A stretch of DNA of 59,063 nt. Origin: a virus. Its lineage: Duplodnaviria; Caudoviricetes. This document shows, in pieces, positions 56,670 to 59,063 of this stretch. Where the stretch lies: IMG/VR virus record IMGVR_UViG_3300020401_000020, positions 1 through 59,063 of that record. The stretch is one strand, 5' to 3'. Under the pieces are notes generated by a model, which saw only the letters and a list, made by a program, of their open reading frames with translations, searched no databases and had not been told where the DNA came from. The translations under genes were made by a program, and so were the position numbers. Each line of letters starts with the position of its first letter. The first letter of the stretch is position 1.

Positions 56670-58225
56670 ATGTTGTACCTATACTTATCATTTCTAGATT
56701 GCACTAAATACAGACTATCTAGTGCTCTGGTTACGGCTACATAAAATTGTCTGTGTAGCCCGTCAGGATGAAGCATAGAGTGATTTTTCTGTGCAGGAGA
56801 TAAATCTAATAACACTGCAACGTTCTCTGCTTCTCCACCTTTTGCTTGATGTATGGTAGATATTGCTACTCTTGGTTCTGAGTATAAGTCTTCGCCGTTA
56901 GCGATAGCTTTCTCTATAAAAGACCTTCTAGCTACATCTATTGTCCTAGTGAATACATCTTTCCATTCTTTCTCTAAACACTCTTCCATTAGTCCATAGT
57001 TATCTATTGCTTCTTGTCTGGTTATTTTTTGTGCTTTGTTTGGGTCATTTATTACTTTAGTTATAAATCCTCTTTTTATCTCTGTCTTACCTAAGTAGTT
57101 GTAAAGGTCTGCAAGTTCTGACATGGTCAACACGCTTTCTGTACTTTTTGTCAGTTTGTTCCATACATCTACTGCTGCAATCATCTTCAAAGGTATATAT
57201 CTGTAGTGATTGTGTGAGAATGGAATACCTTTCTTTATTAAGTCATGACGTATGCCGTAACCTTTAGAAGAGTCCTGCAACATGTAATCACATGACGCTA
57301 ATATCAGCCATTGCCCTCTATCTATAGGCAACATGTCAGTATGAGATACTCTCTCTACCAAACCTTCTTTATCTCTAGGTTCATAATCTTTCTCTTGCCT
57401 GTTTTTTATACGTTTAGATATTTTCTCTGCTAATGTATGTACTTTCTTAGGAATTCGAAACGATTGGTCAAGGACCACGGACTCGCCAGAGAAACTTACA
57501 AACCTCTCTGGTTTTGCTCCGTTCCATTCGTAAATGGCTTGGTCATCATCTCCTGCAATATATATGGTAGGTATATCTCTGGCTAACTTCTCTACAAGTC
57601 TCCAGTTTAGCTCTGCTAAATCTTGTGCTTCATCTACAACTAATACATCTAACGGAGGTGTCTTACCTTTCTCTATAAATACCTCAATCATATCTGCAAA
57701 AGAATGTATCTCTGGCAGTGTATCTTTTCTAAATATCTCCCACGCCTCTGCAATAGCCATAAGTATTGTAGGGTTTACACCATCTCTTTCATTCAAAGGA
57801 GTTTGTAATCGCTCTTCTTCAACTGTTCTACAGTTTATTTTTGCGTTCTCGATAATCTTAAAGTATGGGTCGTCTTGTAATGAAGCGATAGAACCTCTAC
57901 TAGTCATCAGATAGTTTTTAGTTAGTGTAAAACTATATTTCTCTAGAAAGTCCTTTATGTCTGCACCAATCATAACACGCCCAATATTCATAGCTCTCTT
58001 ACAGAAAGCATGACTGGTGCAGAAGTATGGCATTTCGTCCATACCTAAACCTAATTTAATCTGTGCTCTAGTCTTAGCTTCATTTGCAGCTTTGACTGAG
58101 TAACTAATAAATGCAACTCTATCTGGTTGCACACCTTCTTCCAAGTGTTTCTCTACTAAATTAAGTAGCTTAGTAGTTTTTCCTGTACCCGGAGGACCAA
58201 AAAATTTCTTTGTACTATTCATCAT
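56666..58225 (-). CDS. UvrD/Rep-like SF1 helicase
   Basis: GPPGTGKT, VDEAQD, AGDDDQAIY, STIH.AKG.E, YVAVTRA. Confidence 0.92.
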   Translation of the reverse strand: MMNSTKKFFGPPGTGKTTKLLNLVEKHLEEGVQPDRVAFISYSVKAANEAKTRAQIKLGLGMDEMPYFCTSHAFCKRAMNIGRVMIGADIKDFLEKYSFTLTKNYLMTSRGSIASLQDDPYFKIIENAKINCRTVEEERLQTPLNERDGVNPTILMAIAEAWEIFRKDTLPEIHSFADMIEVFIEKGKTPPLDVLVVDEAQDLAELNWRLVEKLARDIPTIYIAGDDDQAIYEWNGAKPERFVSFSGESVVLDQSFRIPKKVHTLAEKISKRIKNRQEKDYEPRDKEGLVERVSHTDMLPIDRGQWLILASCDYMLQDSSKGYGIRHDLIKKGIPFSHNHYRYIPLKMIAAVDVWNKLTKSTESVLTMSELADLYNYLGKTEIKRGFITKVINDPNKAQKITRQEAIDNYGLMEECLEKEWKDVFTRTIDVARRSFIEKAIANGEDLYSEPRVAISTIHQAKGGEAENVAVLLDLSPAQKNHSMLHPDGLHRQFYVAVTRALDSLYLVQSRNDKYRYNI

Positions 58226-58373
58226 TTTCTTTTGGATAATAAACCTCGACATAAGATTTGCAGTTAGGGCACGACAAGTTAGTCACCATTGAATACTCTT
58301 CTTCTACGCCGTAGTCTTCGCCATTAAAATCACCGCCCCAAATAAGTTGTGTACCACAATGCCAACAGTTCAT
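58215..58373 (-). CDS. Small Zn-finger protein (52 aa)
   Basis: Manual: MNCWHCGTQLIWGGD...NLSCPNCKSYVEVY; ATGA overlap with primase stop. Confidence 0.65.
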   Translation of the reverse strand: MNCWHCGTQLIWGGDFNGEDYGVEEEYSMVTNLSCPNCKSYVEVYYPKENDE

Positions 58374-59063
58374 TCCCACTCCTTTGTCTCTTCTTGTTTT
58401 CTAAAATCATCTGCAGTTACATGAGAGTTATCAATCTCAATAACATTCAGACACCAAATACTTTTATTACCAATGGACTTGTCAATCCATTTGACCATAT
58501 TGTTTGCACCCATTTTTTTAAGTTCATCAAAAATCTCTGCCTCTTTTACATTCTTCATGCCTTTGTAGTTTTGTATGTAAGTAACAACATCTTTACCTCT
58601 AAACCACCACTCGTCCTTTTCATTTTCTATTTCGTTTCTAAACACACCGTTAGATAGTATGTTTAATCTAGATGTAGACTCACTACTTACACAAAAATCT
58701 AATATAGCTTCTTCTACTAGACCACTCTTAGTCATATCAGAAGGCATATCTACTTCTTGTACGTCTTGTAATAAATTATTTAATCTTGCTACCCAATCAA
58801 TCTTCTTCATATCAGGGGGACAAACATTTAATACTTCCATACATCTTTGTTGGAACATTGAAAAGTTATGTAATTGTTTTGTTTCTAATACTATTGTTTG
58901 CCCGTCCATATCTAAATGCCATAGTGGTGGGTCAGTAAGGTACTTTCTTAGACCACCGAACACAGGGTCTCTTTCAGAAGCGTCAATACCAAACCTTCTT
59001 GTGACACAAATACCGCTCTGACAGAAGTCTACAAGTGGTGGTTGACTGCATTGATACTTGTAA
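58370..59063 (-). CDS. Primase C-terminal part (continuation of 1136..1)
   Basis: Open frame to window end, in phase with the N-terminal part via the overlap. Confidence 0.75.
   Translation of the reverse strand, partial: YKYQCSQPPLVDFCQSGICVTRRFGIDASERDPVFGGLRKYLTDPPLWHLDMDGQTIVLETKQLHNFSMFQQRCMEVLNVCPPDMKKIDWVARLNNLLQDVQEVDMPSDMTKSGLVEEAILDFCVSSESTSRLNILSNGVFRNEIENEKDEWWFRGKDVVTYIQNYKGMKNVKEAEIFDELKKMGANNMVKWIDKSIGNKSIWCLNVIEIDNSHVTADDFRKQEETKEWE
58827..59063. repeat. Terminal direct repeat / circular overlap, copy 2
   Basis: Matches 1-237. Confidence 0.95.

Noticed and set aside
55183-59021. + strand ORFs inside polymerase, helicase and primase genes
   Set aside because: Antisense shadows.
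1-59063. tRNA/rRNA genes, integrase, stop-codon reassignment
   Set aside because: No cloverleaf or T-loop signatures or recombinase motifs noticed; genes are intact in the standard code and all three stops are used.

Overview
The window looks like an essentially complete, circularly permuted genome (about 58,826 bp plus a 237-bp terminal overlap) of an AT-rich tailed dsDNA phage with podovirus-like organisation. By inference from gene content it resembles marine uvMED / HTVC023P-like phages. The replication module wraps across the ends: exonuclease, family-A DNA polymerase, UvrD-like helicase, AEP-type primase split by the window boundary, putative SSB and SNF2 helicase. An isolated 1886-aa ejection-like protein cassette follows, then an origin-like repeat region and the small terminase. 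A leftward early region of many tiny genes (12.5-21 kb) precedes a long rightward late region: TerL, portal, GroES, scaffold, major capsid, tail fibres, a Coq4-like gene, M15 endolysin, seven very basic peptides, holin and internal virion proteins. The most unusual signals are non-coding. (i) Five copies of a conserved hairpin element (AAAGCGACGAGCC-variable loop-GGCTCGTCGCTTT) with compensatory changes punctuate promoter-gene-terminator cassettes at 18.3-21.1 kb. (ii) Two candidate small RNAs expose anti-Shine-Dalgarno loops, and one is complementary over 17 nt to the start region of a cassette gene. I recognised no integrase, CRISPR, tRNA or reverse transcriptase. All product calls come from motif recognition by eye, not database searches.
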